A stretch of DNA of 63,920 nt, filler included, from Neoconidiobolus thromboides FSU 785 (taxonomy: Eukaryota; Fungi; Entomophthoromycota), in the NCBI GenBank assembly GCA_025603075.1. It is 10 parts of 10 records of this genome, joined end to end, with 100 filler letters (N's around TTAATTAATTAA, not from the genome) between each part and the next. Parts side by side here need not be neighbours in the genome. Positions count along the whole stretch, not along the records: positions 50,672 to 53,226 come from MU626848.1; positions 53,327 to 54,602 come from MU627003.1; positions 54,703 to 56,335 come from MU626936.1; positions 56,436 to 59,307 come from MU626832.1; positions 59,408 to 63,920 come from MU626779.1; 5 more parts are not named here. One strand, written 5' to 3'. Each line of letters begins with the position of its first letter. Position 1 is the first letter of the stretch. The notes beneath the pieces are model-generated. The model was not told where the DNA came from. It saw only the letters and a list, made by a program, of their open reading frames with translations, and did no database searches. Positions 53,092 to 63,920 of this stretch are shown piece by piece. Position numbers and translations under genes: made by a program.

Positions 53092-53226
53092 ATGAGTGAA
53101 CAAAATCAAATAAGTAAGAACAACATAATAGACTTTGAAACTAAAGTGGATGTGCTTATATCTGGAGCTGGGCCAGTAGGTTTAGTAATGGGAAACTTAT
53201 TAGCTAGAAATAATATCAGTTTTAAA
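53092..53226 (+). CDS. 5' end of an FAD-dependent monooxygenase (FAD_binding_3 type)
   Basis: DVLISGAGPVGLVMGNLLAR is a GxGxxG Rossmann motif; truncated by the contig end. Confidence 0.85.
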
Positions 53227-54446
53227 NNNNNNNNNNNNNNNNNNNNNNNNNNNNNNNNNNNNNNNNNNNNTTAATTAATTAANNNNNNNNNNNNNNNNNN
53301 NNNNNNNNNNNNNNNNNNNNNNNNNNCTTTTATCATATTGTGATTTTAATATCTGTTGAATTCCTTGTTTTCTTTTACTCTCTTTTTTTATAGCTCCTTT
53401 TTTTTCATTCATTCCGTTTTTGTTGAAGAATGATTTTTCAGTTTAAAAAAATTGATTTAGTAGATGTTTGAAATATAAATTTTTAATCGTCCAATCAAAA
53501 AAATGATGATTCTAGCCGAGAAAATATCAATACCAGTATCAATGTATTCAAAGTGAAAGAAAGTAGACTAGCGAATACCTTTAAAGTTTTCCGTCTTTTG
53601 TTTTTTTGTCTTTTGTTTTTCTGTTTTCTATTAGAAACCAATAGTATTGTTATTCTCAATAACAAATATATGTTGTGAATTTAAGTAGTTTTATAGCTTG
53701 AAATTAATGACCAACAAATTCAATAAATTGTCCAATTATTGAAATTCTATTCAGCTATTTTAGTTTGAATAAGGACTAAATTGCGATAATTCTTAAACTA
53801 TTCGCCTATTGTGTTAATTTGTACTTTATGATATAAACTATTTTCCTTAAATGAACAGCTAATCAACATATGTTTACAAAACAGTAAAATCTCTTCCATA
53901 TAACCCTTTGAGTATTAAACAGCTTAAAAAAACTATGTTTGATTAAGAAATTTATTGCATATTACTTGTTAAGAGATCTATTTCTAACTCAGATTAAAGC
54001 TACTTGATTAAACAAATACTGCTACAAGCACATAGCTTCAAAAAATCATATACGAGCAATGTTCTTCACAATCGATTTTTGATTCTCGAAAAATTGATAA
54101 GTATTGCTCATCCACGATACCCAAGTGGTTAAAGTGATTTCGAATTGCACAAAATTAATAGAAATCCTTCTATTTTTATTTTTATTTGAAAATATTAATC
54201 TAAGTTTAGTTGGATTGATTATTACTTTTGAAATATTCAAAACCTTATACTTTTATGTATTAATTTTAAATTAAATAGGAATAAAAGTGTGTTTAATTTG
54301 AACTTTTATTTAAATTAAAATTTCGTTTAAAAAACCTAATTCTTTTATATAAACTTGGAACTACTTTCTATTAAATATACAACTAACCTTTTAGATGTTG
54401 AATTATGAGAATTTAAAATTAATCTTGACATAAACCATAAACTAGT

Positions 54447-54602
54447 TGTAAAATTGGGCATTATACCTATACTAAAGTAGAAGATAAAAAAGAAATTTGG
54501 AATGATATAGTAAAGTTTGATCCAAGATATAAATATGATGAAGAAAGATTAGTAATGTTATCTGAATTATGGCATAAACCAAGTGATGAATTACTCAAAG
54601 GA
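54447..54602 (+). CDS. Possible exon fragment of an unidentified protein
   Basis: CKIGHYTYTKVEDKKEIWNDIVKFDPRYKYDEERLVMLSELWHKPSDELLKG is open to the contig end after an AG acceptor; family not recognised. Confidence 0.3.
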
Positions 54603-54702
54603 NNNNNNNNNNNNNNNNNNNNNNNNNNNNNNNNNNNNNNNNNNNNTTAATTAATTAANNNNNNNNNNNNNNNNNNNNNNNNNNNNNNNNNNNNNNNNNN
54701 NN

Positions 54703-55974
54703 TTACGTAATATATCTAGATCATAAGTGATTAAACCAGTACTATTCTTATCCGAATAAGGCTCAATCATAGCTGCACCCCAAGACCCTAAAGCACCATC
54801 TAATACTACCTTAATGCTATGAATTGATAGTCTATCCTTATTTAGATAATTATTATCTGGTAGATCAAGCTTTTTAAATTTTTTTTTACTACAATGTGTA
54901 TCTTTTTCCTTACACATGATCATAGAATGAACGCGTATTGACAAACTATCTTCTTTCAAAGCTTTTTTAAACACGTTAAGTTCTTTTATACTTATCCCTG
55001 CATCATGAGCACCCGTTAATCCAAAGCTTAACATCTCTTGGGTGATACTATTTAGTGCGTCCATTTCCATTTCTTCTGAAGGCTCAGGTATCAAGTCCAT
55101 TATAAGATTACGTGCATTATCAATAAATACACCAGTAGGATAACCATTGCTATCTCGGATTATATTCCCGCCTGGGACTGAAAACTTTGGATCAAGTAAA
55201 TTAGGGGTTGCTTTTATGGCTAAATCTAGGGCTGCTTTGTTAACCCAAGTGCCATGAAAATCCACCCTAGTTAAAGAAATGGGGATTTTATTTAATTGGT
55301 CGTGATTGCTAGAGTAAAATACTAAGTCTTTATAAGTAGGAAACTTTTGCTTTTTAAATAAATTTTGATCCCAGCCGTATCCTTCTAAAAAGGGAGCTTG
55401 TTTCCGTGTTTTTGAATAAGCCATAATTTTATTTTGTATTTCCACTACACTTTTTGAGCCCGTCAGATCCACTTGGAGATTCTGTCTTCCTCTTCCTAAT
55501 AAATGAGCATGTGCATCAATTAGTCCTGGCAATACTGTATGTCCTTTTAAGTCATATTTTTTTATTTTAGGATATAACTTTCTCACTGCTCTATGGTCCC
55601 CTATATATTCAAATTTTCCATTAGCTATTACAGCCGCTTCTTTATAGTCTGGTTTATCTTTGTAAATCAATATTCTAGCATTATATATCCCATAAATATC
55701 CTCATCTGGCTTTGGTAATCTAAGTAAACATCTAAGTATAAAAAGCACAAAATATAAACTCGGGCTTTTTTATTTAAATAGCAAAGGTTTGTATCACTTA
55801 CTTTGTATCATTTACATCTACGTTCCAAAATAAATACCAAAACCCCATTAATACTACAAGAATTGACCATAGAGTATACCCTCTGATATTAAATAATGGT
55901 GTTGAACTGTTTTGGCTTGTTTTCTCAATATCCTGTTCGTTTAGTTGGATGTCTTGCTTTAATTTGGATTCCAT
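54703..55974 (-). CDS. Amidohydrolase-3 (YtcJ-like) metallohydrolase with N-terminal membrane anchor, 3'-truncated
   Basis: Exon 1 MESKLKQ...WSILVVLMGFWYLFW, one GT-AG intron, then DLKGHTVLPGLIDAHAHL, RVDFHGTWVN, GLTGAHDAG and KVVLDGALGSWGAAMIEPY. Confidence 0.9.
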
Positions 55975-56243
55975 TTTTTAAATTTTATTAAATTAAGTAA
56001 ACTCACTTGTTTATTCAATATGCTTTTATAACTTTAATTTAATCCCTTCTTTTTAATGTTACTTTTTTATGCTGCATGGTTCTAACTTGTGACTAGACTG
56101 TGACAATTATTTCTAAATTTTATTCTTCAAACAAATTCAAAAAATTATGTGATTAAAATAGGAGCTTTTTAAGATTTTTATTAAACAATTAAAATTTTTA
56201 AACATGAAACTTATAAGAAAATACTGTATTATTCAAGCTTTAT

Positions 56244-56335
56244 TTAGAAAACACGCTTCCCACTTAGAAAGGTAGCACGTACTCTTGAATCATCATGTAA
56301 TAGCTCTTTAGCTGGAATATCCAACCATGATTTCT
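56244..56335 (-). CDS. 3' end of an upstream amidohydrolase-3 copy
   Basis: KSWLDIPAKELLHDDSRVRATFLSGKRVF* resembles the terminal beta-strands of YtcJ-like enzymes; same strand, 270 bp before the next ATG. Confidence 0.7.
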
Positions 56336-57456
56336 NNNNNNNNNNNNNNNNNNNNNNNNNNNNNNNNNNNNNNNNNNNNTTAATTAATTAANNNNNNNNN
56401 NNNNNNNNNNNNNNNNNNNNNNNNNNNNNNNNNNNTTTGATTTTATAGAATTTTAAGCGAAGTTTTTAAAATACAAAATTTTTCAAAAATCGGATAAAAT
56501 AATGAAACTAATTCAGACATCCCCTCATATAGGTTAGAGGAGGTGTATTAGCCAAGTTTGATGAGAAAATGAACATTATTGCATTGCACCTTTGCTTTTT
56601 ATCATAGGAGATACCCCTAAAGCATAGGCTATGCGGGATTTCACTTTTACTACTAAAGTAATTAGCCATTTAGAGTTGGTTTATTGCTATAATAAGCAAT
56701 AGAAAAAACAGGTAAAACTCCAACAGAGAATGTAATAAAAAATATATCTAGAAGGGGACCTTTTCAATAATTATAAAAAGTAAAGTTATTTCAGCTTAAT
56801 TATCCAATAAAAGGAAGGTTCATTATGAAAAGCAAGGATTTATGGTATAAAAGCAACTATCAGAGCAAATAATCATTTCATATGCAAAGATTTCTAACTC
56901 AAAAATAATAAAGTAACTAATTTATTAAACTCAAGAAGCATTCAAAATACATCTTTTTAGACATACACTCCTCCTGGTAAAAATTATGCATACGATTCTA
57001 CTAAACAATGTTGAAATTTAATTGAATTTTTGTTTAACCAACATCATGAGAAATGTGAATCCAATGATTTTGGGATAAATAATACCCAAAAATAAATTAT
57101 TGATTTTTAAGCTTCAATAGTGCTGATGTAAAGCCAAATAAAATTACATTTCTGATATTTTTAACTAGTTTTTTAATGGGAAGTATTTCAAGCTTGTTTA
57201 TTATCATCCAGCATGGTTTTTATAGCATAGATAAAATCGAATTAATGGTACATGGTTTGGCTACTATATTAGTATACCTATATCTTTACTATTTGTTACT
57301 AGAAAAATTCTGCTAAATTACATTATACTAATATATTGGGTACAATTGTAGATAAATTTATTATTTCATTGAGCAACTTATAAAGATCGATCCTTCAGAT
57401 TCAAAAATACATTATACAAAAATTGCCAAAAACACCCGTTTATTTGGCTATATAGG

Positions 57457-57562
57457 GGAGGAGGGGTGTTTTTTTGGCTTCACTACTTTTTCCATCTTTT
57501 AAGTACTATTTGAGCGGAAATCTTGTTAGTAAAATTCTTAAACACAAAATACATACCCATAT
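57457..57562 (-). mobile_element. MITE family A copy
   Basis: Reverse-strand consensus match ending CATACCC-ATAT. Confidence 0.85.
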
Positions 57563-58674
57563 TTTACCAATATAATAATGTTGTTTGCTTTGCCTGTTGT
57601 TTTTCCAATAAAATAGGAAAGTAAAGTCTATACAATAAATCTATATGGCAAAATCGAAAGTTTTAATAAACAAAAACCTCAAAGATACTATTGCAAATAA
57701 TTTTCAAGGATATTTATGATATGTTACAAATAAAGGAAATTAGATTAAGAATAACGTAATAAAAATGTAGGTAATATGATTTATTAGTAGGATATATAAA
57801 AGGAGACAAATCTGTATTGAACCTTCATTACTTAACAACCCAGAAATTCATACTGAAAATAGCTTTAGTATAAAATTGGGGTGATTTGGAAGAATAGTCA
57901 TTTTAGAAGTTTAAATAGTCCGTCTCAAATATAAACTGAAAATACGCATAAATTATACAATATGCTTCATATAACATAAACAATGACCATTTATATATAA
58001 ACTACAGTATTATTTTAAAAAATAATATATTCAGTAATTGTATATTGTTATTCCAATTATTTTTTTTGGTAATGACGTACTGGTTCTTTTATCGTATGAT
58101 ATTTTATTAAGTAAACCTTAAAAGTAGTAATTTATATATTATTAAGTTTTTCATTATTTTAGTTAATTTTATATAAGCCTCCAAAAAGAAACAAACTCCT
58201 CTTCACGTAATATATTGTTAGTGATAAATAAAATACAAAAACTGAATGAACAGCGAAGTGGATGGATGGGTGGAACGGAAGAAGGAGAAAAGAAGGAAAA
58301 AGTAAAAAACCGCTCTGATTTAATCAAATTGATTTTTTGCCTGTCCTCTCAGATTTCTAAGCTGGATTAAAAATCAAATTTCTGTTTTATGCGATATTAT
58401 ATTACCTAAAGAGTAAAAAAAGTATGAACAATAAACCTATTAGCCCTAATCATCAAAAGCTAAGAGTATTACTAAGAGACAGTTTATTGTAAAAGGAGTA
58501 ACTGTTTATAAAAGTTAGCAAAGATAAACATAGAGAAGTAGAGAGAAAAGCAAGTAACTGAGGATATTACTAAATTAGTAGTCTAATTATAAATGAAGGG
58601 CATTTTTAGAGGAGGTTGTTTAGTGTCATAATTTTGCTCTAAAATAGTTAATAGAAAGCAAAACACAAACACAG

Positions 58675-58772
58675 TATGTGGGATGTTTTTTTGGTTTCAT
58701 TACTTTTTCCATTTATTAAAGCGCTATTGAGTGGAAAGATTGCTAATAAAATTCTCGAAAAAATACATCCTT
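58675..58772 (-). mobile_element. MITE family A copy, degenerate
   Basis: Reverse-strand consensus core. Confidence 0.75.
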
Positions 58773-58863
58773 CGTTTCGTATGATAATTTTTTCAATTTT
58801 TTACTTTTATTGCTTAATGAATTAATTTGATAGCACAAATATTTTATACTACTAAATTAATCT

Positions 58864-58970
58864 ATATGGGAGTGTTTTTTTGACTTCATTGCTTTTTCCA
58901 TCTTTTAAGTACTATTTGGAGCGGAAATCTTGTTAGTAAAATTCTTGAACGCAAAAATACAACCACATAT
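58864..58970 (-). mobile_element. MITE family A copy
   Basis: ATAT-GGGAGTG...CAACCAC-ATAT. Confidence 0.85.
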
Positions 58971-59206
58971 AGTATATAACATAGATTAATAATACTATAA
59001 ATATACTTATTAGCTTATAAATTAATTTAATGGGGAAAGATATATATATCTATGCTGTTAAATTATAAATTTATGCCCTCTCTTCTCACTCTCTCTCTAA
59101 CTCTAACTCTTTCTAACCCTTTCTGACTTGCTCATTTTAAAAATGTTAAAAATTACTAATATAAATATCAGCAATATAAAAAAACCACTTGTGTGTAAAT
59201 CACAAT

Positions 59207-59307
59207 ATATGAGGCTGTCCTAATTGGTTTCAGAATCTACTTAGAAATTAATCCAAATTTTAAATTTCAAGTTTGTGTCCAATATAACGGTTAAATCTAA
59301 AAAGCCT
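59207..59307 (-). mobile_element. Family B element terminus at the contig end
   Basis: ATAT-GAGGCTGTCC...; reverse complement of 25680-25780 with 2 mismatches. Confidence 0.85.
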
Positions 59308-59408
59308 NNNNNNNNNNNNNNNNNNNNNNNNNNNNNNNNNNNNNNNNNNNNTTAATTAATTAANNNNNNNNNNNNNNNNNNNNNNNNNNNNNNNNNNNNN
59401 NNNNNNNT

Positions 59409-59567
59409 ATTACTGGTGGGATGTTAGGGACTCTTAATTTTATTGCATTCTTTCTCGACCCAACTGTACATCATGCGCTCAAAGTTATTTATTCGAGAAC
59501 TATAAAGAATCAAGAGATTGAAGAGGTTCAATCTACTAACCTGAGTAAATTTATATGTTCGGATTAA
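59409..59567 (+). CDS. 3' end (TM7 and tail) of a 7TM receptor-like gene
   Basis: ITGGMLGTLNFIAFFLDPTVHHALKVIY...SD* is a TM7/helix-8-like motif at the contig start. Confidence 0.7.
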   Translation: MTGGMLGTLNFIAFFLDPTVHHALKVIYSRTIKNQEIEEVQSTNLSKFICSD

Positions 59568-59846
59568 TCAATTATTTATTTTTTTTAGGTATAAATGTCG
59601 ATTTTGAATTAAATATATTAGAAAGTGGCATAAGAGAAAACATTGATAATGAAAGAGAGGATCAATGTAGCATTATTAGTTCTAACTTGATCAAAAGCTT
59701 ATAACTCGCGACCTTTTATTAATCTTTAAAAAATACTTAAATCTCACTCTTTTATGTTTTGTTTTTTCCTTATATTGATGAATTTTAGATTAAATACTAA
59801 GTCAGGAATTATTGTATTTATTTTACTTAACCTAATATAAAGTAAC

Positions 59847-59952
59847 ATATGAAGGCATTTTTTTGGCTTCATCACTTTTCCCGTTTTGCAAGTACTATTT
59901 AAGTAGAAAGGATATCAATAAAACTTTTAAATAAAAAAATGCATCACTATAT
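59847..59952 (-). mobile_element. MITE family A copy, diverged
   Basis: Reverse-strand match with ATAT flanks. Confidence 0.7.
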
Positions 59953-60484
59953 AAAATACTAACTTTTTAAATTTATTAAAAAAAGTATACAGTTACAGTT
60001 GTAAATGTTGTCGCATCTTCCAAAACGCTTTTCCAAGTACGAGAAATAGATCACTTCAATTTTGAAGATTACATCTGAATTTAAGCACAAAGTTTAATGC
60101 AAATTTTAAAATATATTATTGATCAAGTTATTAGTGTAATTTTAATACTTTATTTCCTTTCAACTAAATTTTTTCAAACAGCAACAAAGCAAATATTGAA
60201 TCACATATGTAACTTTTCTTCCATCACAAATTCGATCTTGTCCGTTTTCATAGGAAAAAGTGTCCAAATATTTGTGATCATCTAATATTGTTTATTTAAA
60301 ACAACGAATTTAAGTTCAGTTTTTAACTATATAATATTATTACAGAGTAGACGCAGCTTCAGTCAATATAGTACATTTGTATATTATTCATATGAAGGGA
60401 TATTTTTTACTAATTGTCCTCTTTGGCATCTTTAGAATTCTGAAGTTAATCAATCAGGAAACTGTTTAAACTTGGATGTGTACT

Positions 60485-60590
60485 AACTGAGGATATATTT
60501 TTATGTTTAAGAATTTTACTAACAATTTTTCCACTCAAATAGTGCTTGAAAAATGGAAAAGGTGATGAAACCAAAAAAAAACCCTATATA
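60485..60590 (+). mobile_element. MITE family A copy
   Basis: GAGGATATATTTTTATGTTTAAGAATTTTACTAAC... Confidence 0.85.
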
Positions 60591-60744
60591 TAAGTGAACC
60601 CTTTATTTTTTTAATGTTCGAAAAATTTAATTAAAATTTACTTGACTTTACCTTTTATTAAAATAAAAATAAAACTAAAACAAGTTTAAATCAAATTTTT
60701 CTATTCAATTTTAAGCTTTTTAAACTCAATTAATCACATATTAA

Positions 60745-60816
60745 GGACTTGCAAATTTAAAAACTTGAAATTGGATTAATTTAACTAAATTCTGAAACCA
60801 ATTCGGATATCCCCAT
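60745..60816 (+). mobile_element. Diverged family B terminus
   Basis: TTGGATTAATTT...ATTCTGAAACCAATTCGGATATCCCC matches the family B end. Confidence 0.6.
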
Positions 60817-60860
60817 TGTATCACACAAACAGCAGAATTTTAATTATTAGATCAAACAGT

Positions 60861-60964
60861 ATATAGGGATGTCTTTTTTGGTTTCATCACCTTTTCCATC
60901 TTTTAAGTGCTATTTAAGTGAGAAAATTAGTAAAATTCTTAAGTACAAAAATACATCTCCATAT
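60861..60964 (-). mobile_element. MITE family A copy
   Basis: ATAT-AGGGATGT...ACATCTCC-ATAT. Confidence 0.85.
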
Positions 60965-61680
60965 TTATTTATGATTAAAATTTTATCAAACTTTAAACTT
61001 GATTATATTAAATGCCATTATAACACTAAATTATTTGATTATAAGTTACATGGAGGATTGGAATAAAATAGTGATAGTGAAATTAGTACAAAGTTTTAGT
61101 CGAATTATAGAGTTAATTTTTTTAAAAGTCAAAGGGCATTAAATATTAATTTTAATAAGTTCATCATTGAAAGTATTAATATAAGGACTAATAATAAAGA
61201 AAAGAAAAATTACATAGATACAATATTATCTACATCAAAAATCAACCTTCATAATTATTAATTCTATAAATAAACAGATAAATTCAGAAATGTTCTGTTG
61301 CTTTTTATCTCAATGTTCTTATCAACAATTCACTTGTGAGTTATATTTGATCACGTTTATTTGGATTTTAGATGTAATTTTGCCACATTTTTATTTTCAA
61401 TTTATTATTCCATATGTTTACGCAGCATGCACTATTTTTAATTCCAGATACCACCACCTCGGACTTTAAACATTTATAGCTTAATTTCGCAAATATGCAA
61501 AGAATTTGTATAAAATTAGTTTAAATGTTCCAAAAAATAAAGTCAAAACCATCTAAGTCATTGTAAATTATTTAAATACTGGCCTCTCCCAAAACAAAGT
61601 TGTTTTTTGTATGTGGATCGATATAAAATTGATATAAGTAGATTTATGAAAAATGTCGTATTTGATAGAGAACATCTACA

Positions 61681-61786
61681 ATATGAGGATGTGTTTTTGT
61701 GTTTAAGAATTTACTAACAAACTTTCCGCCTAAATGACACTTAAAAAATGGAAAAAATAATGAAGTCAAAAAAAACACTTCCATGT
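61681..61786 (+). mobile_element. MITE family A copy
   Basis: ATAT-GAGGATGT...ACACTTCC-ATGT. Confidence 0.85.
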
Positions 61787-62265
61787 TTTTTCAGAATTTT
61801 TAAATTTTGGATAACTATACTTTATTTTGGTTGCTTATTTACTTTCTAATATAGCTATTTTGTTTAGTTCGAAGCCTAATATCTAGCATACATGATGCAA
61901 TACCTTTTTTAACATCAACGTTCTTAATATGACTATGTTTGAGGGATTTATATTCATATTTATTAAAAAATCAAATTATAATTTAATGAATAGATTTTAA
62001 GCATGTATTTTTTATCATTAAGTTGTATAGATTAAATAATTAAGTTATTTTTGGAATTTATCCTACAGACTTCATAAGCCAATGTATAGTTTAGGCAGTA
62101 AACTAATGTAATAGTATTCTATGAACCGTATTTATTCTTAAGTTATCAATTACAATAAATAAATTTTTTATTTCACCTTTCAAAACTAACGCATGATATT
62201 AAAATTACAGTGATATCTTTTCTAGTTTTATTTTTTGCCTGTCTTTTATGCAACAAAGCTGGACA

Positions 62266-62343
62266 ATTTTACTGATAGTCTTTCCACTCAAATAGCGCTT
62301 TAGAAGCAGAAAAAGTAATGAAACCAAAAAAATATCTCTACAT
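62266..62343 (+). mobile_element. MITE family A, 5'-truncated copy
   Basis: AATTTTACTGATAG...TTTCCACTCAAATAGCGCTT...AAAAGTAATGAAACCAAAAAAATATCTC. Confidence 0.65.
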
Positions 62344-63266
62344 TATTTTAACTTGAAAGTTATATAATGAAGATTTAAGGTTTTGAGTCTGCGAATCAAA
62401 AATGATCCGAAAAAAGTAACAATAGTCATGCTTTTGAAATATGTAAAGCTGGATAATCACATAATTATATTTCAAAAAGTGTATAGACTTAAACTGTAAC
62501 CGTAAATGGTAAAAATAATATTAAAGTTAATTAATTTATATAATAATATGTGGAAATATACAGAATCATTATACTTTATGATACTCACTATATTTTCAAA
62601 TAAAGTGATTTAAGGATACTTATAGATGTACAAGGTTTATATGTATATTTAAGAATAAAATGACTAAACAAATATTTATTTTTGATTTCAAAGACCAAAT
62701 GCTCTAAACAAATATTCCAAAATCAAATCTTGTTTATGCAAATGTGAGTGATGCCACAAAAAGTTGAAATTGCTTTATTAATTTTAATGATTGGTTGAAT
62801 TACAAAGTAATGCCTATAGAAAAGTCCACTTCAAGGATTCAAAAATTAAAGTTTATATAGTAGCTTTAGTTATGGTATTTCGATGCCATTATTTGGTGGC
62901 TATATATGTTATATATTACCTACATCTCAGCTATATTTAAATATTAGATAAGGGAATTTTGATAATTTTTTAATAAACTCTATACTTAATAATGAAATCG
63001 TAATATTATTCATTCCATCATTGTTAGTTTTTAAAAATTTATGGAACAGCAAAGTGGATAGAAGCAGGGATAAATTTCTATTAAAAATGAATCATTTTAT
63101 GAAAAATCTCTAGTTTTAAATCTCTACTAAAAAACTCAAAACAGAACAAGCACTCTTAGAAATGTATTTATAACAGGTTTAAAATTTCATACCTTTTAAA
63201 AAGTATAAAAGGTGGCGAAAATTAGAGAAAGCATAGCAAATATTGAGCTTCAAATTTTTATATAAC

Positions 63267-63920
63267 ATGGCTACTAAAGAGTATACAACTTATATAGTCA
63301 AAGTGGTATATCCAGCAATGTATAAAACATCATTAGTGTTAGCTTCATTGCTAGTTTTAACAATGATAGCAATATGTAACTTATATTATGATTTCAAATA
63401 TATACTAAAACTTTATAGCAATATATGACCGTAAACTAGTTGACAGGGTGACACTTAGAATACAAACTGTCATTTCATGTTACGATATATGGTTGCATTC
63501 TTTACCACTATGGAGTTCCAAGTATAACTATCAAGGGTCACCTTTATGCACTTTTATTGGCTACCAACTATTAGCTTTACCTTTATTCTATAGTTTTCTT
63601 AATGTCTGCATTGGAATTAATATGCAATTAATTTTTATACATGGAATCAATGTGACATGGAAGATTGAAGCAGCCTACTGGATTGGATCAGCTTTGCTTA
63701 CTTTATTAATTACCATCCCACCTCTCGGTATAAAATTTTCATTATCTATGTTGACATTAAGATTAACCTTGTTTTGTTTAGCAATGGGGATGTTTGGGTA
63801 CAGTGAATTCAACAAATGTTTTATTGCAACAGATGATGAAAATTATCTAAAAATGTTCCATTTCTATTCTAATATGTTGATTATGATAGTTTGTATGATT
63901 TATTTATTCATAGTTGTGGT
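63267..63920 (+). CDS. 7TM receptor-like protein (cAMP-receptor/Git3-like fold), 3'-truncated by the window end
   Basis: Introns 63376-63418 and 63728-63781 splice in frame to MATKEY...TM1, SIYDRKLVDRVTLRIQ (TM2), LCTFIGY (TM3), YWIGS...IPPL (TM4), KCFI and TM5. The ORF track missed most of it. Confidence 0.8.

Noticed and set aside
56530-57300. Possible transposase relic (GDTPKA*AM.DF)
   Set aside because: One short motif in heavily interrupted frames; insufficient evidence
854-62343. Recurring ~105-bp repeats as a CRISPR-like or regulatory array
   Set aside because: They are irregularly spaced, in both orientations, and have TIRs and TSDs. This is a dispersed MITE with no repeat-spacer periodicity and no cas genes.

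Overview
AT-rich, intron-containing eukaryotic DNA from an early-diverging fungus. The gene content (Zn2Cys6 factor, MedA, SZT2, two expanded 7TM families) suggests Entomophthoromycotina, e.g. Conidiobolus/Neoconidiobolus-like; this is inference only. The window is not contiguous. It is ten contigs (1-16478, 16579-20717, 20818-25462, 25563-44980, 45081-50571, 50672-53226, 53327-54602, 54703-56335, 56436-59307, 59408-63920) joined by artificial 100-nt N/TTAATTAATTAA spacers, so gene order across spacers means nothing. Recognisable genes: Zn2Cys6 factor, biotin ligase BPL1, MedA/Acon-3-family regulator, mitochondrial MetRS, CWC25, a RasGAP with an unusual BAR-PH-PH-C2-RasGAP architecture, a 5'-truncated SZT2, three 7TM receptor genes or fragments, FAD monooxygenase and amidohydrolase-3 fragments, and three secreted low-complexity proteins. 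Non-coding highlights: a ~105-bp MITE family in about 21 copies with GRGG termini and 4-bp target duplications, a second element with the same terminus, a ~320-bp foldback palindrome, ~360-bp inverted repeats at both ends of contig 1, and a self-overlapping 4085-bp contig that carries one GPCR. Five contigs begin and end inside copies of the same gene family, pointing to recent local duplication. No rRNA, tRNA or CRISPR was found. All family assignments come from motif recognition by eye; no database search was run.
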